A stretch of 59,661 bases of DNA, from assembly GCA_044356215.1 (NCBI GenBank), contig JBIKWQ010000010.1:1-59661 (forward strand). The letters run 5' to 3'. The position numbers were made by a program, and so were the translations under genes. Every line of letters begins with the position of its first letter. Positions within the stretch are counted from its first letter, which is position 1. The stretch comes from Bdellovibrionota bacterium (GTDB lineage: Bacteria > Bdellovibrionota_C > UBA2361 > OMII01). Shown here in pieces: positions 28,691-39,879 of this stretch. Under the pieces are notes generated by a model, which saw nothing but the letters and a program-made list of their open reading frames with translations, was not told the DNA's origin and made no database searches.

Positions 28691-30676
28691 CATGACAAAG
28701 CCGCGCAACTTCTCGCTAACCTTCTCAGGTGTAAAGCCAAACTTTTCAGCTAGCACCTCACCAGGAGCTGAAGCGCCGTAGTGATCGATACCGACTGCGA
28801 ATACATCTCGACCAAGAAGCGAGCTCCAACCAATAGTCGTTCCCGCTTCAACTACCGCGGTCTTTACGCCACGAGGTAACACGCTCTCATGATAGCTCTC
28901 TGATTGAGATCGGAAATCCTCTACACACGGCATCGAGACTACCCGAGTCTTAATACCCTTGGCTTCAAGAATCTTAGCCGCGTCTACTGCCGTCGCTACT
29001 TCAGAGCCGGTCGCGACCACCACTAAATCAGGCTTAACAACATCACGAACAATATATCCGCCCTTTAGAACATCATCAGGAGAGAATGTCTCAGGGCGCT
29101 CAAGAGCCGGGAGATTCTGTCTACTGAATACGAGGGTGCTAGGTCCCTTGGCTCTCTTTAGCGCGGCATAGTAAGACATCGCCACCTCTACTCCATCGGC
29201 TGGCCGATAAACGTTTAGGTTCGGTATTACACGCATACTCATGATGTGCTCAATCGGCTCATGCGTTGGACCATCCTCGCCCACCCAAAAACTATCGTGG
29301 GTGAAGATATAAAGCGATTGCAGGTGAGAGATCGCTCCCACACGCATCGCTGAACGCATGTAATCCGAGAAAACTAGAAAGGTAGCTGTGTAAGGGATCC
29401 AAGCATTAGTGTAAGCAAGCCCATTAGCCAACGAACCCATAGCGTGCTCGCGCACTCCGAAATGGATATTCTTTCCGGCGTAGCCCTCGTGGCCTACGCT
29501 ACCTCCGCCAGAGATCGCGGTTTTAGTTGACGGATCGAGATCGGCCGAACCGCCAACAAATCCTGGTAAATGCTTGGCGATAACTTGAATAGCTTTACCA
29601 GAGAGGTTTCGAGTCGCGTCCTTCTTTGGCTCTTTAAAAGCGGCGAGCAGGTCATCTTTTAACGCGGTGGGTATCGTACGATTGAGCTGCGCATCCAACT
29701 GCTTGGCCAGCTCAGGCTGCGTCTTACGCCATGCCGCATACTTATTCTGCCAAGCAGCGTAATCCTGCTGCTTAACCTCTAACCTCGCCGCGACGAAGCT
29801 CTTAACATCATCAGGCACTAAGAACTGAGCATCCTCCGGCCACCCTAAATTCTTCTTGGTAGCTTTGACCTCATCTGGTCCAAGCGGAGCTCCGTGAGCT
29901 TCGTGAGTATTTTTTTTGTTTGGGCTGCCGAAACCTAAGATTGTCTTGCAACAAATAAGACTAGGCTTTCCTTTCTGCGCCAATGCGCGATCCAAACATT
30001 GCGCCACCTCGTGCGTATTGTGGCCATCACAGGACTGCACGTGCCATCCATACGACTCATATCTTTGGGCGACTGATTCCGTAAAGCACAGATCGGTCTC
30101 TCCCGCTAATGAGATCTTATTGTCGTCGTAAAGATAAACTAAGTTGTCAAGTTTTAAGTGTCCAGCGAGAGACCCAGCTTCCGCCGCTACTCCCTCCATC
30201 AGATCTCCATCGCTAACCAACGCGTAAACCTTGTGATTAAATAGATCCTCTCCGTACCTCGCGGCTAACATCTTGGCCGATAACGCTAATCCCACACTAT
30301 TGGCGGCGCCCTGCCCTAGAGGTCCAGTAGTACACTCAACTCCGGAAGTCATTCCATACTCAGGATGACCTGGGGTTGTGCTCTCCCACTGTCTAAAGCT
30401 CTGAATCTGTGACATCGGGAGATCGTACCCGAATATGTTCAACATCGAATAAAGGACCATACATCCATGACCGGCGGAGAGAACAAACCTATCTCTATTA
30501 ATCCAGCTCGGATCCTTAGGGTTGCACCTAAGATAATTAGCCCACAGAACCGACGTAAAATCAGCGGCACCAAGTGGCAAACCTGGATGCCCACTGTTGG
30601 CTTTCTGAACCGCGTCTATCGAAAGAGTTCTTACTGTATTAGCTAGTCTGGTCAAATTAGTATTATCTGCGCTCAT
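28685..30676 (-). CDS. tkt: Transketolase
   Basis: SGHPGLPLG, RDRFVLSAGHG, GDLMEG, HFGVREHAM, GEDGPTH. Confidence 0.98.
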   Translation of the reverse strand: MSADNTNLTRLANTVRTLSIDAVQKANSGHPGLPLGAADFTSVLWANYLRCNPKDPSWINRDRFVLSAGHGCMVLYSMLNIFGYDLPMSQIQSFRQWESTTPGHPEYGMTSGVECTTGPLGQGAANSVGLALSAKMLAARYGEDLFNHKVYALVSDGDLMEGVAAEAGSLAGHLKLDNLVYLYDDNKISLAGETDLCFTESVAQRYESYGWHVQSCDGHNTHEVAQCLDRALAQKGKPSLICCKTILGFGSPNKKNTHEAHGAPLGPDEVKATKKNLGWPEDAQFLVPDDVKSFVAARLEVKQQDYAAWQNKYAAWRKTQPELAKQLDAQLNRTIPTALKDDLLAAFKEPKKDATRNLSGKAIQVIAKHLPGFVGGSADLDPSTKTAISGGGSVGHEGYAGKNIHFGVREHAMGSLANGLAYTNAWIPYTATFLVFSDYMRSAMRVGAISHLQSLYIFTHDSFWVGEDGPTHEPIEHIMSMRVIPNLNVYRPADGVEVAMSYYAALKRAKGPSTLVFSRQNLPALERPETFSPDDVLKGGYIVRDVVKPDLVVVATGSEVATAVDAAKILEAKGIKTRVVSMPCVEDFRSQSESYHESVLPRGVKTAVVEAGTTIGWSSLLGRDVFAVGIDHYGASAPGEVLAEKFGFTPEKVSEKLRGFVML

Positions 30677-30703
30677 ATCATCTCCCTTAAAAAAATTCTT
30701 ATC

Positions 30704-31255
30704 TCATTTCCACTTAATCGAACACCCAAGTGGATTAACAAATCGCGGCTCTGGAACTTTGCCCTCTAATACATCAGTGATCGCTTGAGATAGATAATCT
30801 ATGGTTACCTTAGTCGGATCTCGGGGACTGTCGTTTATGGTCCCGTGATAAACTAGGCGGCGTGAATGATCGAACAGGTAGAATTCCGGAGTGCACGCCG
30901 CGTCGAACAGCTTAGCGACCTCCTGCGTCTCATCGTAAAGATATGGATACGGAAGACTCATACTAGCGGCCTTCTCCTGCATCTTCTCGAAGCTATCATC
31001 AGGGTATTTAGCGGCGTCATTGCTGCTAATCGCTAAGGTCTTAAGACCATCATTCGCGAAGCGCTTAACGGTCTCAATCAACATCAACTCACTACCTTTT
31101 ACGTATGGGCAGTGATTGCACAGAAAGGCCACCAAATACGCTTTGGCTCCCTGGAGATAATCAGAGCCCAGAGTTTTGCCATCAACGTTCGCTAATTTGA
31201 ATTCCGGTATCGGGCTACCAAACGTAAAATTAGAGCTGTCGACATTTCTCTCCAC
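30704..31255 (-). CDS. Thioredoxin-fold (AhpC/TSA-like) protein
   Basis: FLCNHCPYV, YDETQEVAK..AACTPEFY, GCSIKWK. Confidence 0.9.
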   Translation of the reverse strand: MERNVDSSNFTFGSPIPEFKLANVDGKTLGSDYLQGAKAYLVAFLCNHCPYVKGSELMLIETVKRFANDGLKTLAISSNDAAKYPDDSFEKMQEKAASMSLPYPYLYDETQEVAKLFDAACTPEFYLFDHSRRLVYHGTINDSPRDPTKVTIDYLSQAITDVLEGKVPEPRFVNPLGCSIKWK

Positions 31256-31314
31256 AACATTTCTCCGATGTAAATCAGGACCACAGGCGCGCGCGCCTAA
31301 ACTTAGTCCCGCGA

Positions 31315-32160
31315 CTACTTAACCAAAGAGGCTCTATGGCGCGAGTGCTGAGCCAAGAACTTGTTAACCTCTTCTGAAAACCATTCTGGATACTCAATCA
31401 TCGGCGCGTGGCCACAATTCTTAATTGAGACCAGCTTTGAATTAGGTATCAGTTTGTGGAATGTCTCAGCGACATCCATTGATGTAACAACATCGTCCTC
31501 TCCCCATAACAACAGGGTTGGAACCTTGATCTGACCGAGCAAATCCTTCAAATTATCTTTCTTGGCGCTGCGGGCGGCGTGAATCAGATTAAGAACTCGC
31601 CCACGATCCTCAAGTATCTTCACGATCTCCCCGATCGCCTCCTCTGTGACGAATCGCTGATTAAAGAACACCTTTGTCATGTGCTCGTGAACGAAATCGT
31701 ATCCTGGTCTAACCGGTAGAGAATCTACTGAATGTTCGTATAAGCCGCTTGTCGCCGTGAGGATCAAGCAATCAACCAACTCTGGAGCCGCTAGGCACAA
31801 TCTAAGCGCCACATGGCCACCCAGAGAGTTCCCGCAAAGAGTAACCGGCGCGAAACCACGCGAACGCACGAAATACTCTGTATAAAGCGCTAAAGATTTT
31901 ACCTTAACCTCAGAGCGGTGCCCTGACAGCAGTGGCAAACTTAAAGCTATCGGCTTCGAGTAATTCGCCATCAATGGCTGAACGGTATCCCAATTCGACA
32001 GCGCCCCAAACAATCCATGAAGCAAAACGATCTCTGGGCCAGCCTCGCCCATCTCAACCGTCTTAAACTTAGGCTCGAGCTCTTGCTTGAGCCATAACGG
32101 ATCGTCAGAACCGATCTTCTTTAAGGAGTCTTTAACGAAACTAAATAACTTTTTAGACAT
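31315..32160 (-). CDS. Alpha/beta hydrolase
   Basis: LLHGLFGALSNW, GNSLGG, WGEDD, CGHAPM. Confidence 0.9.
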   Translation of the reverse strand: MSKKLFSFVKDSLKKIGSDDPLWLKQELEPKFKTVEMGEAGPEIVLLHGLFGALSNWDTVQPLMANYSKPIALSLPLLSGHRSEVKVKSLALYTEYFVRSRGFAPVTLCGNSLGGHVALRLCLAAPELVDCLILTATSGLYEHSVDSLPVRPGYDFVHEHMTKVFFNQRFVTEEAIGEIVKILEDRGRVLNLIHAARSAKKDNLKDLLGQIKVPTLLLWGEDDVVTSMDVAETFHKLIPNSKLVSIKNCGHAPMIEYPEWFSEEVNKFLAQHSRHRASLVK

Positions 32161-32430
32161 GAACCTTCGTGATACGGGAGCCGGATACTATAAACTACGC
32201 GGTGCTATATCCTCTCCGCATCCGATCAGCTCACACTGGACGGACGAAATTGGGGATGCTCCGTAACTGTTTAACTCGCTTATCGATACATAGCCTATTA
32301 GCTGGTATAGTGTAAATACATCGGCAACTATCTGATTTGCCGACTAAAATATCCTATTTCCCAAGCTTAACAGCACACAGGTAGCTCGCGCCAATGCAAA
32401 ACGGCGTTTAGACCTGCCCTAACAGAGAAC

Positions 32431-34362
32431 TCACACGTCTATTTCTAGCCGATGAGCATTCTCCTGGATTAGGCGATAGCGATCCGAGGAATCCTTGCCA
32501 AGAAGGCTCTCAAGCATCGCTTCTACCTCACTCACCTCTTCGATCGTCACCTGGAGCAGCTTACGGGTACGAGGATTCAGTGTAGTCTCCCACAACGTAT
32601 CTGGATTCATCTCTCCAAGACCCTTGAATCGAGTGATGTGGACCTTTGCCCTAGCGCCTCGCTCCTTCAGAACGCGCTCCTTCTCCTCGTCTGAGTAAAC
32701 CCAAACTATATCCTCTCTGGAGCCACTTCCAAATTTAAGACGATACAGCGGAGAGATTCCGATATATAAATTTCCTGCCTCTACAAGCGGCCTCATAAAC
32801 TTAAAAAAGAACGCCATCAGTAACGCTGAGATATGCATTCCGTCCGCGTCCGCGTCGGTTAGAATAATTACCTTAGAGTAGCGTAGCTTCTCTAAACGGA
32901 TATCCTTACCCATGCCGCAACCCAAGGCAGACACTAAATCCAACAGCTCCCTATTGTCGTTTAACTTAGCTTGCGTAGTGGCGACCGAGTTTAGGATCTT
33001 TCCACGAAGCGGCAAAACCGCCTGAGTGGCGCGATCGCGTCCCTGCTTGGCGCTACCACCCGCTGAGTCTCCCTCTACGATAAACACCTCGGAGTTATCG
33101 GGCTTATTTGATGAGCAATCAGCCAGTTTACCGGGCAGATTTAATCGGTGGCTTATTCCAACTTTACGACTAACACTCTGCGAGGCGCTACGCGCCGCCG
33201 CGCGAGCCTTTGCCGCGAGGGTGATGCGTTCAACGATCGCCTGAGCGATAGATGGCTTGGAGTTAAGAACATTCTCGAAAGTCTTGACTAAGGCGTCCAC
33301 AGGCGCCTCTATCTCTGGATTGTTTAAGCGATCCTTGGTCTGTCCCTGGAACTGCAACTGACTAACCGCGCCTGGAACGCTAACGGATAGGACCGCCACG
33401 AGTCCCTCACGGAGATCCTCTCCTGTGAGCTTAAGACCCTTTGGCATAAGGTTGTGAACCGCGATGTAGTTCCGGATCGCCTTTGATAGTCCTGACTTGA
33501 ATCCGTCCTCATGGGTACCTCCACCTTTGGTGTGGATACCGTTTACATAAGAGTAGATCTTCTCGTTAGTCGACTCAGTCCAACAGAAAGCCACCTCGAT
33601 CTTAATTCCATTAGCTCGATCTAAATCAAATGACTCACCTCCTACTGGCGGTGTATTTGAAAGCTCTAGCATCGATTTAAGGTAAGATTTAATACCTTCT
33701 GGATATAGGAAAACCTTCTCGGTGTTATCCTTCTCATTCTTAAAAATGAGTTTAAGGCCCTTATAGAGAAACCCCTTCTCCTCGATGATCTTCTCTACTC
33801 TCTCCGGAGAGAACTCAATAGTGCGGAAGATCTCGTTATCAGGCTTGAAAAATATGCGAGTACCCTTTTTGCGAGTGGCGGCTCCCTTCTTGATGGCCGC
33901 GTCGGTCTTGCCACGAGTAAAACTCTGGCGCCACTCGAAGCCATCACGGAAGACCGTCGCCTCGAGCTTTTCAGATAGCGCGTTTACAACCGAAGCTCCC
34001 ACTCCATGCAAGCCACCCGCGGTAACGTAGTTATGATCGCTAAATTTTCCTCCGGCATGCAATGTGGTGAGGATAATCTCAAGCGCTGGCTTCTTAAATT
34101 TAGGGTGTATATCAACTGGGATACCACGCCCGTTATCCTCAATCGTAACACTCTCGCCGTCCTTATGCAGGGTTATGGTGATCGTATCTGCATGGCCGTT
34201 CATGGCCTCGTCCACTGAGTTATCGAGGATCTCTTTTACCAGATGATGCAGCCCAGCGGGACCATCAGTGCCGCCGATGTACATTCCTGGGCGCTTGCGC
34301 ACCGGCTCAAGACCCTCCAAGACCTCAATGTCACTCGCGCTGTACGTTGCTCCCTTAACCAT
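32431..34362 (-). CDS. parE: Type IIA topoisomerase subunit B (probably Topo IV ParE)
   Basis: VRKRPGMYIG, EILDNSVDE, VEGDSAGGS, PLRGK, DADADG, RFKGLGEM; 643 aa. Confidence 0.8.
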   Translation of the reverse strand: MVKGATYSASDIEVLEGLEPVRKRPGMYIGGTDGPAGLHHLVKEILDNSVDEAMNGHADTITITLHKDGESVTIEDNGRGIPVDIHPKFKKPALEIILTTLHAGGKFSDHNYVTAGGLHGVGASVVNALSEKLEATVFRDGFEWRQSFTRGKTDAAIKKGAATRKKGTRIFFKPDNEIFRTIEFSPERVEKIIEEKGFLYKGLKLIFKNEKDNTEKVFLYPEGIKSYLKSMLELSNTPPVGGESFDLDRANGIKIEVAFCWTESTNEKIYSYVNGIHTKGGGTHEDGFKSGLSKAIRNYIAVHNLMPKGLKLTGEDLREGLVAVLSVSVPGAVSQLQFQGQTKDRLNNPEIEAPVDALVKTFENVLNSKPSIAQAIVERITLAAKARAAARSASQSVSRKVGISHRLNLPGKLADCSSNKPDNSEVFIVEGDSAGGSAKQGRDRATQAVLPLRGKILNSVATTQAKLNDNRELLDLVSALGCGMGKDIRLEKLRYSKVIILTDADADGMHISALLMAFFFKFMRPLVEAGNLYIGISPLYRLKFGSGSREDIVWVYSDEEKERVLKERGARAKVHITRFKGLGEMNPDTLWETTLNPRTRKLLQVTIEEVSEVEAMLESLLGKDSSDRYRLIQENAHRLEIDV

Positions 34363-34365
34363 CTG

Positions 34366-36708
34366 CTATCCCTCCACAACCGTCGCGCTGACGATATCTT
34401 CACGTGAATAAACCTTCGTACCTTTCAACGCCCTGTGTCCCTTCGTTACCTCAGAGAGCGGCACATCTTTGACCTTACCCGATTTAAGCAACAGATTGAG
34501 AGTGCCCTTCATTTTACTGGACTTAACTCCGCAACACGCCACTATCGCGTCATCATCGCGGACTCCCATCAGAGCCACTCCGACGGCCGCGCTATCACGC
34601 ACCGGAATCTCTCCCTTATCAATCGCCAAACCTGAACCATCGCGTGTGATAAATACCGTCATCTGCGCGAGTGGCTCAGCGGCTGCCATATACTCACCTT
34701 CACGCAGCTTCATTACACGGCGCCCGATCCTCTTTGTTTCAGATACCTCTGTTAGAGTAAGCGCGAATCCAGTTCCCTGGTGGCCAACTAAAACTAGGGT
34801 ATCACCCTCTTTGAGGGTCCGCTCCGCGCCAACAGCCGAAATAGCGCCTCCTAATGGCAGCTCGCCCTGCTTGCCAGCGGTCTGAGCTGACGTCACGTTG
34901 CCCGAAGTAGTCGCACCCGCGAGAATTCCATAGGACGAAACGATCTTCTCGTCATCTTTAAACTTCAGAATCTTCTGAATCGGGGTCCCGTATCCGCTAG
35001 ATGCGGGAACATCGGAAACCTTAAGTACAAACAAAGTCCCTAAGTTTGTGAACAGGGCGACGGAATCGATGGTCGATAACGCGTGCGCCGCTAGGATCGA
35101 ATCACCCTCCCTCATACGGGTTGACGAGAGATCGTTTGATCTGCGAATACGTTTCACCCAGCCATCTGTTGACACAACTACATGCACATCCTCATGCACG
35201 ACGTAGGCAGTCTCATCAAATTCTATATCAACGTTATCTTTGATTAACTTCGATCGGCGTTTATCTCCAAATTTCTCGGCTATCGCCTCTAGATCCTCTC
35301 GAACGATCCCTTGAATCGCGTCCTTACTCTTTAGGATCCGATCGATCTCCTTAACTCGCTTCTGTTTATCCGCGAGTTCACTCTTGATCTCGTCAATGTT
35401 TGTCTTTGATAGCTGATATATACGCATGTCAACGACAGCGAAGGACTGAATCTCAGAGAGCTTAAAGCGATCCCTTAATCTCTCCGCTGCATCGCTTCTT
35501 CCATCGCTCTTACGAACGATCCTAATCGCCTCATCAAGCGCGTCATAAATTATTACTAGACCTTCCAGGATATGAATGCGCTCAAGGAGCTGCTTGCGCT
35601 CAAACACAAGACGCTTCTCGGTCACCTCCTCACGGAATGACAGGAACTGCTGTAGGCACCCTTTAAGAGAGAGTAGCTCTGGCCGAGTAGAGCCACCCTC
35701 GCTGGTTGGGACTAGCGCTGTAAGATTAACCGGGAAATTAGACTCTAGCGGTGTATTCTTAAAGAGGTACGCCATCGCAACCTCCGCGTCCGCTCCAGCA
35801 GCTAACTCAAGCACTACCCGCACAACATCCGTAGACTCATCTCGGACATCAACTAATTGCGGCACCTTACGATCAACGATCAATCCAGCGATTCTTTCAA
35901 CTAAAGTAGCTTTATTAATCGCGTAAGGGATCGAAGTAACGACTATCACCTGCTTTCCACGAGCCTGTTCTTCTACCTCCCACTCGCCGCGCATCCTAAC
36001 AGAGCCTCTTCCAGTCTCGTACATCTCAACCAACTCTTTTTGTGAGTTAAGGATGTTGCAACCTGTTGGGAAGTCAGGGCCTTTAATTATCCCCGTAAGC
36101 TTTGATATTGATAGCTCTGGATCTTTTGATAATTCGATTAGAGCCTTAATGGTATCTTTTAGATTATGAGGTGGGATACTTGTAGCCATTCCCACGGCGA
36201 TACCCGTAGCTCCATTCACTAAAAGATTAGGAACACGGCTAGGCAACACCATTGGCTCAACAACGGTAGCGTCGAAATTATCCCTGAACGGAACAGTTTC
36301 TTGATCGATCTCTCCAATTACCTCCAGCGCTAGCTCACGAAGCTTCGCCTCTGTGTAACGATACGCCGCCGCGTTATCTCCATCTAGCGAACCGAAGTTT
36401 CCTTGACCGTCAACTAACGGATATCTCAGGGAGAAATTCTGCGCCATTCGCACCATTGCCTCATAGCAGGCGATATCTCCGTGTGGATGAAAGCGCGCGA
36501 GTACCTCTCCAACTACAGCGGCTGACTTACGGTGCGAGCCATTTGGTTTCAGATTTAGATTTTGCAGCATCGCGTAGAGTATACGACGCTGCACCGGCTT
36601 TAAGCCGTCGCGAACATCTGGAAGAGCGCGCCCTGAAACTACGCTCAACGCGTAAGTAAGGTAACGATCCCTTGATTCCTGTTTTAAACTGGTTGTCTGC
36701 GTGGCCAT
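34366..36708 (-). CDS. parC: Type IIA topoisomerase subunit A (probably Topo IV ParC)
   Basis: [21 protein letters not shown], catalytic RYTE; short C-terminal domain without a GyrA-box (QxRGGKG). Confidence 0.8.
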   Translation of the reverse strand: MATQTTSLKQESRDRYLTYALSVVSGRALPDVRDGLKPVQRRILYAMLQNLNLKPNGSHRKSAAVVGEVLARFHPHGDIACYEAMVRMAQNFSLRYPLVDGQGNFGSLDGDNAAAYRYTEAKLRELALEVIGEIDQETVPFRDNFDATVVEPMVLPSRVPNLLVNGATGIAVGMATSIPPHNLKDTIKALIELSKDPELSISKLTGIIKGPDFPTGCNILNSQKELVEMYETGRGSVRMRGEWEVEEQARGKQVIVVTSIPYAINKATLVERIAGLIVDRKVPQLVDVRDESTDVVRVVLELAAGADAEVAMAYLFKNTPLESNFPVNLTALVPTSEGGSTRPELLSLKGCLQQFLSFREEVTEKRLVFERKQLLERIHILEGLVIIYDALDEAIRIVRKSDGRSDAAERLRDRFKLSEIQSFAVVDMRIYQLSKTNIDEIKSELADKQKRVKEIDRILKSKDAIQGIVREDLEAIAEKFGDKRRSKLIKDNVDIEFDETAYVVHEDVHVVVSTDGWVKRIRRSNDLSSTRMREGDSILAAHALSTIDSVALFTNLGTLFVLKVSDVPASSGYGTPIQKILKFKDDEKIVSSYGILAGATTSGNVTSAQTAGKQGELPLGGAISAVGAERTLKEGDTLVLVGHQGTGFALTLTEVSETKRIGRRVMKLREGEYMAAAEPLAQMTVFITRDGSGLAIDKGEIPVRDSAAVGVALMGVRDDDAIVACCGVKSSKMKGTLNLLLKSGKVKDVPLSEVTKGHRALKGTKVYSREDIVSATVVEG

Positions 36709-37045
36709 GCAAACTCCTTACAAACGTCTCTTACGAAACTTCTACTACGCCCTACAGTGAGGGGAAACCTCTCTGTATCGATTTTTTGAATAATCGCGAA
36801 AAAACATAGAATTCTAGCATGTTATCTAGGAAGGGGAAAGCCGCCTTATTCCGTTCAGGAAAACCATTCGCTCCATGCCCCTCTCCTTCTGCTGCGCCGG
36901 TTTCTTTACTCTTTGTCTGCTCTCCCTAACACTGCTTAAAACATTAAATTAGCGCGCCCAAAAAAATTTCCTCCCTAACCATATAGGCCAACAGCAACTC
37001 CTATTCTATACTCTCACCGTTTTATCTTACCCGGATACCTTACAG

Positions 37046-37717
37046 ATGCGAGTTGATCCAAAAAAATTTGCCCTAAACAAACTCCCCGCATTCATCGCCT
37101 TTGAGGGGATCAACGGATGCGGCAAAACAACCTTGCACAAGGCGGTGTCCGGATATCTGAGAGAGAACGGCATTCATATTACAGACACTCGAGAGCCGGG
37201 CGGAACCGAGCTCGGCAAGGAGATACGCCGCCTCGTTCTAGAATGGTCAACCGAGAAAAAAAGTGATCGCGCTGAGACCCTACTCTTCGCCGCCGATCGA
37301 GCTGAGCATGTGGATAAGATTATCAGACCATCGCTAGAGAGAGGTAGTTCTGTTCTCTGTGACCGCTATCTCTACTCAACCATAACATTCCAAGGTCACG
37401 GCCGTGGAGTTAGCCGCGAATGGATAGACCAGGCAAACGCTTTAGCTACCCAGGGCCTCACCCCTGATCTTGTTATATTATTGGACCTAGAGCCCAGTAT
37501 CGCCCTTAAGCGCGTTGCGGCAAGGGTCGGCAATGGCCAAGACAACTTTGAGGACGAAAAGATTGAGTTTCACAACCGGATCCGCCACGGATTTCTTGAA
37601 TGTGCCGACACACTCCCAACGCCGTTCCTAGTTCTCGACTCCACGCAAACTCCCGATGAGCTATTCGCGAGAACCCGCGAGGTGTTACAACCACTCCTTG
37701 CGGCGAAAAATAGCTAG
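37046..37717 (+). CDS. tmk: Thymidylate kinase
   Basis: FEGINGCGKTT, TREPGGT, LFAADRAEH, LCDRY. Confidence 0.95.
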   Translation: MRVDPKKFALNKLPAFIAFEGINGCGKTTLHKAVSGYLRENGIHITDTREPGGTELGKEIRRLVLEWSTEKKSDRAETLLFAADRAEHVDKIIRPSLERGSSVLCDRYLYSTITFQGHGRGVSREWIDQANALATQGLTPDLVILLDLEPSIALKRVAARVGNGQDNFEDEKIEFHNRIRHGFLECADTLPTPFLVLDSTQTPDELFARTREVLQPLLAAKNS

Positions 37718-38749
37718 TAGAGCGACCGCGACTGCCAACATCCCCAGCATAATAGCGGGATATCCATAAGACCACTCAAGTTCAGGCATGTATTTAAAGT
37801 TCATGCCGTACACTCCCGCCACGAACGTCAAAGGGATGAAGATACTCGACATGACCGTTAGAACCTTCATAACCTGATTGAGCTTGTTACTAACGCTAGA
37901 TAGATAGACCTCAAGCATTCCAGCTACAATATCACGTAGAGTCTCAACTGTGTCGATTACATGAATAGTGTGATCATAGAGATCCCGCAGATAGATCCGC
38001 GTCTCTTCTCGGACCAAATCACTCTCGTCGCGCAGAAGAGTGTTAACTACCTCCCGCATCGGCCAGACACTGCGTCGCAGAAAGATGAGTTCTCGCTTTA
38101 GAGTGTGAACCGTTCTTAAGGTATTCACCGTAGGAGCCTCAACTACCTCCTCTTCAACCTCGTCAATCTGATCCCCAATATCCTCAAGAACGGTAAAATA
38201 GTTGTCGACGATCGCGTCCATCAAAGCGTAAGCGAGATAATCTGATGTCATCTTGCGGATCCGCCCTTTTCCAGAAGCGACCCTCTGTCTAACCGGCTCA
38301 AAGACATCCCCTTCGTTCTCAAGAAATGAGAGGACGTAGCCTTTGCCGATGATCAAACTTACATGCTCAGCCGCCAACTCGCGTTCCTTCTCATCGAAAG
38401 TGATCATCTTCATCGCGATAAAGATATACTCGTCGAACTCCTCTATCTTGGGTCGCTGATTTGTATTCGCGATATCCTCAAGAACTAGTCCGTGTAACCC
38501 GAAGCGCTCACCTATAGCGTTTAGGATCTTAGGATCGTGGACCCCATCGATCGTGTACCAAGAGATTCCTTGTCCGTCGTCGGGTAGAGTAACCTCCTCG
38601 GAGGAGATAACTCTGGCGGTCCGCGCGCCGTGCTGATCGTAGCTTATAAAAGATATGGTAACGGGATTATTTCTCTCCTCACCAATGTAGACGACGGTTC
38701 CTGGTGAAGTTCCAGCGGGCTTACCCACGTGAGTATCGTAACGTGACAT
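37685..38749 (-). CDS. corA: Magnesium/cobalt transporter CorA
   Basis: LEDIANTNQRPK; YGMNF signature; two C-terminal TMs. Confidence 0.96.
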   Translation of the reverse strand: MSRYDTHVGKPAGTSPGTVVYIGEERNNPVTISFISYDQHGARTARVISSEEVTLPDDGQGISWYTIDGVHDPKILNAIGERFGLHGLVLEDIANTNQRPKIEEFDEYIFIAMKMITFDEKERELAAEHVSLIIGKGYVLSFLENEGDVFEPVRQRVASGKGRIRKMTSDYLAYALMDAIVDNYFTVLEDIGDQIDEVEEEVVEAPTVNTLRTVHTLKRELIFLRRSVWPMREVVNTLLRDESDLVREETRIYLRDLYDHTIHVIDTVETLRDIVAGMLEVYLSSVSNKLNQVMKVLTVMSSIFIPLTFVAGVYGMNFKYMPELEWSYGYPAIMLGMLAVAVALLAIFRRKEWL

Positions 38750-39014
38750 CAGGACAGCTCCACTCGCGATTAGACGAATTTAAACGGATAACGATTTAGG
38801 GGGACGATTTCCTCATCGAATGCCGCTCTCTCTCGCTTCTCTTTATCCGTATCTTTGGCTCATAAACACAACCCGCCAGGAGTATATATAGGACAGCAAT
38901 AGCTATCAAACCATTGTTTATATAACTAAATTTACAGATGCGGCCGGTATATTTGCGTCTGAGCCATTTGCTTTGATAATATCTATGCGAAATTGCACTG
39001 AGGATCCCTGACAA

Positions 39015-39749
39015 ATGAAGATCTCGCTCTACTTAATCGTTCCTGCCCTAATAGCAGTCTTATCAGTAAAGGAAGTAGCTGCCTGTCCAGATGTCGGCAG
39101 ACTACCAGATTACAATTGCGATGGTAGCGCTGTAATAACAGTTTTTGGAGACAGCTTAGTCTACGGCTTCGGGGACAAAAGAAACGACAACAAGGGTGGT
39201 TATGTCCTGCGGGCTCAGGAGAAATTTCCCGAGGCTACCCTGGTCAATCAAGGGTTACTGGGATTGAAAACCCAGCAGATGCTCTCAAAAATCAGAAAAG
39301 CTTTTGCTAACTACCAAACAGATCCCCTAGCGCAGAGCTTACTAACAGCGGACATGGTAGTCCTAGATGTAGGCCGTAATGATAGGTGGCTGATGGGACT
39401 TCCGTCTGCTACGCTGCGAAACATAAAGCGGGCCAGAGAGTTAATCACCAACCAAGCTACCACGCTTGGATACGCAGCTCCGCTGGTGGTCACGGCCGTA
39501 CTGATGTACCCTAACAGGGGCTCGCAAGGGCCATGGGTTAAGGAACTCGATGAATTAATTATTAAATCCGAAACGGCTGATTACCCAGCCGATCTCCGTT
39601 TTGATCGGGTTAGCAAGAGACTGCTCTCTAGCGATGCGGTCCACCCTACATCAAAAGGTTATGATTCGATGGCCACGATCTTTAATAATTATCTCTCTAT
39701 CAACTACAAACAACATGTTGCCAGACTTCGGCTGGCAAAAAATCGCTAG
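39015..39749 (+). CDS. Secreted SGNH/GDSL hydrolase
   Basis: FGDSLVYG, GRND, DAVHP; signal peptide. Confidence 0.88.
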   Translation: MKISLYLIVPALIAVLSVKEVAACPDVGRLPDYNCDGSAVITVFGDSLVYGFGDKRNDNKGGYVLRAQEKFPEATLVNQGLLGLKTQQMLSKIRKAFANYQTDPLAQSLLTADMVVLDVGRNDRWLMGLPSATLRNIKRARELITNQATTLGYAAPLVVTAVLMYPNRGSQGPWVKELDELIIKSETADYPADLRFDRVSKRLLSSDAVHPTSKGYDSMATIFNNYLSINYKQHVARLRLAKNR

Positions 39750-39879
39750 GGTGAGTCCTTGCCTCCACGCCCTAGTCGCATTGTAGTTATCACCTCTACA
39801 ACTACGGGCCTTCGCAGCGAAACTCCTTTAAGCTACAGTAAGGTGTACGGTCACGGCCAACCGTTTTGTAATTAAGATT

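Noticed and set aside
34366..36708. Calling the topoisomerase pair gyrA/gyrB
   Set aside because: No GyrA-box and a short C-terminal domain; Topo IV is more likely, though unproven without a phylogeny.
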